NCBI GenBank assembly: GCA_015233335.1
Contig: JADFXX010000005.1
Span: 1,550-65,549 of the forward strand
Direction of reading: 5' to 3'
Length of the DNA: 64,000 nucleotides
Source: Candidatus Omnitrophota bacterium
Lineage (GTDB): Bacteria > Omnitrophota > Gorgyraeia > Zapsychrales > Fredricksoniimonadaceae
This document shows, piece after piece, positions 63,319-64,000 of the stretch. The notes beneath the pieces were generated by a model, which saw only the letters and a list, made by a program, of their open reading frames with translations, did not search any database and had not been told where the DNA came from. Position 1 is the first letter of the stretch; the number at the start of each line of letters is the position of its first letter. The position numbers were made by a program, and so were the translations under genes.

Positions 63319-64000
63319 ATGGGGCATGTTTTTATAATAGCCGAAGCGGGGGTCAACCATAACGGCGATATGCGTTTGGCGAAAAAATTGATTGATGCGG
63401 CCGCGTATAGCGGTGCAGACGCCGTTAAATTTCAGACTTTTCGCACGGAAAAGAATATCAGCCGTTTGGCACCTTTGGCGGAATATCAGCAGAAGCGCGG
63501 CCGTCAGGAGTCGCAATTTGATATGATCAAACGTCTGGAGTTGGACCATGGGCAGTTTTCACAACTGGCACGATATTGCCGTAAAAAGAAGATTCTGTTC
63601 CTTTCGACACCAGATGACGCGGATAGCGTTGATTTTTTAGACCGTCTGGGGATGCCCATCTTTAAGATTGCTTCAGGCGAGATCACAAATTATCCACATT
63701 TGCGCCATATAGGCAGCCTTGGTAAGAAGGTGATCCTCTCTACAGGAATGGCAAATCTTAAAGAGATAGCCTCGGCCATGGAGGTATTGATCAAGCATGG
63801 GACCCGACGGAGGGATATCAGCTTGCTTCATTGTACCAGTGAGTACCCCGCTCCATTGGCTGATGTAAATATCCGGGCGATGTTGACCATGAAAGAAAAG
63901 TTTGGGGTTGTAGTCGGATATTCTGATCACACTCACGGTATCGAAGTATCCATTGCCGCGGTGGCCTTAGGCGCCGGGATTATTGAAAAACATTTTACGA
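63319..64000 (+). CDS. neuB: Nonulosonic acid synthase (NeuB/LegI/PseI family), 3' end outside the window
   Basis: MGHVFIIAEAGVNHNGDMRLAKKLIDAAAYSGADAVKFQTF..., ILSTGMA, GYSDHT. The frame is open to base 64000. It is absent from the ORF track because no stop is reached. Confidence 0.9.
   Translation, partial: MGHVFIIAEAGVNHNGDMRLAKKLIDAAAYSGADAVKFQTFRTEKNISRLAPLAEYQQKRGRQESQFDMIKRLELDHGQFSQLARYCRKKKILFLSTPDDADSVDFLDRLGMPIFKIASGEITNYPHLRHIGSLGKKVILSTGMANLKEIASAMEVLIKHGTRRRDISLLHCTSEYPAPLADVNIRAMLTMKEKFGVVVGYSDHTHGIEVSIAAVALGAGIIEKHFT

Overview
Very gene-dense bacterial window: about 70 CDS, almost no intergenic DNA, and many ATGA/TGATG start-stop overlaps. I found no rRNA, tRNA, CRISPR array, transposase or integrase. 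Envelope genes (bamD, lptE, an lpxL-like acyltransferase, lnt, murJ) indicate a diderm. My impression of an uncultured, streamlined lineage cannot be tested from sequence alone. The window has three blocks. (1) 1-12.3 kb is an envelope glycosylation locus. It holds a radical SAM/SPASM gene ATGA-coupled to a GtrB/ArnC-like membrane GT2, two tandem GT-C-like polytopic paralogs, a third distant paralog cut by the window edge, a divergent YfhO-like protein and an 828-aa secreted protein of unknown function. (2) 12.3-37 kb is a long co-directional housekeeping run: a CsaA-like tRNA-binding protein, YkgJ, DUF2156, a DnaQ-like exonuclease, pabB, pabC, a Cys/Met PLP enzyme, TPR-SPOR, miaA, hflX, bamD, lptE, holA, rpsT, murJ, uvrC, ogt, ychF, prfB (with the canonical +1 frameshift that the ORF track misses), secA, lnt, a response regulator, an lpxL-like gene, a HAD phosphatase and gap. 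(3) 37-64 kb, continuing past the window, is one uninterrupted plus-strand glycan-biosynthesis supercluster with its own promoter and palindromic operator. It contains a wHTH regulator, four SDR sugar-nucleotide enzymes, two separate thiamine-diphosphate enzyme pairs (E1 alpha/beta and a split transketolase), a Zn-ADH, a reversed-domain-order HldE-like kinase/nucleotidyltransferase, an NDP-sugar pyrophosphorylase, five SAM methyltransferases plus a B12-radical SAM enzyme, an MsbA/PglK-like ABC exporter, LegB/LegC-like genes, an MBOAT with a partner protein, a FemAB-like transferase and a NeuB/LegI-like nonulosonic acid synthase. The most notable non-genic signal is a ~122-nt repeat with 20-nt terminal inverted repeats, GC-run arms and an AT-palindromic core. 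It occurs twice (5979-6101 and 15899-16020), each time in a short spacer between co-directional genes and in the same orientation relative to transcription. A 26-codon, extremely basic ORF with a good Shine-Dalgarno sequence (35351-35431) is also missed by the ORF track.
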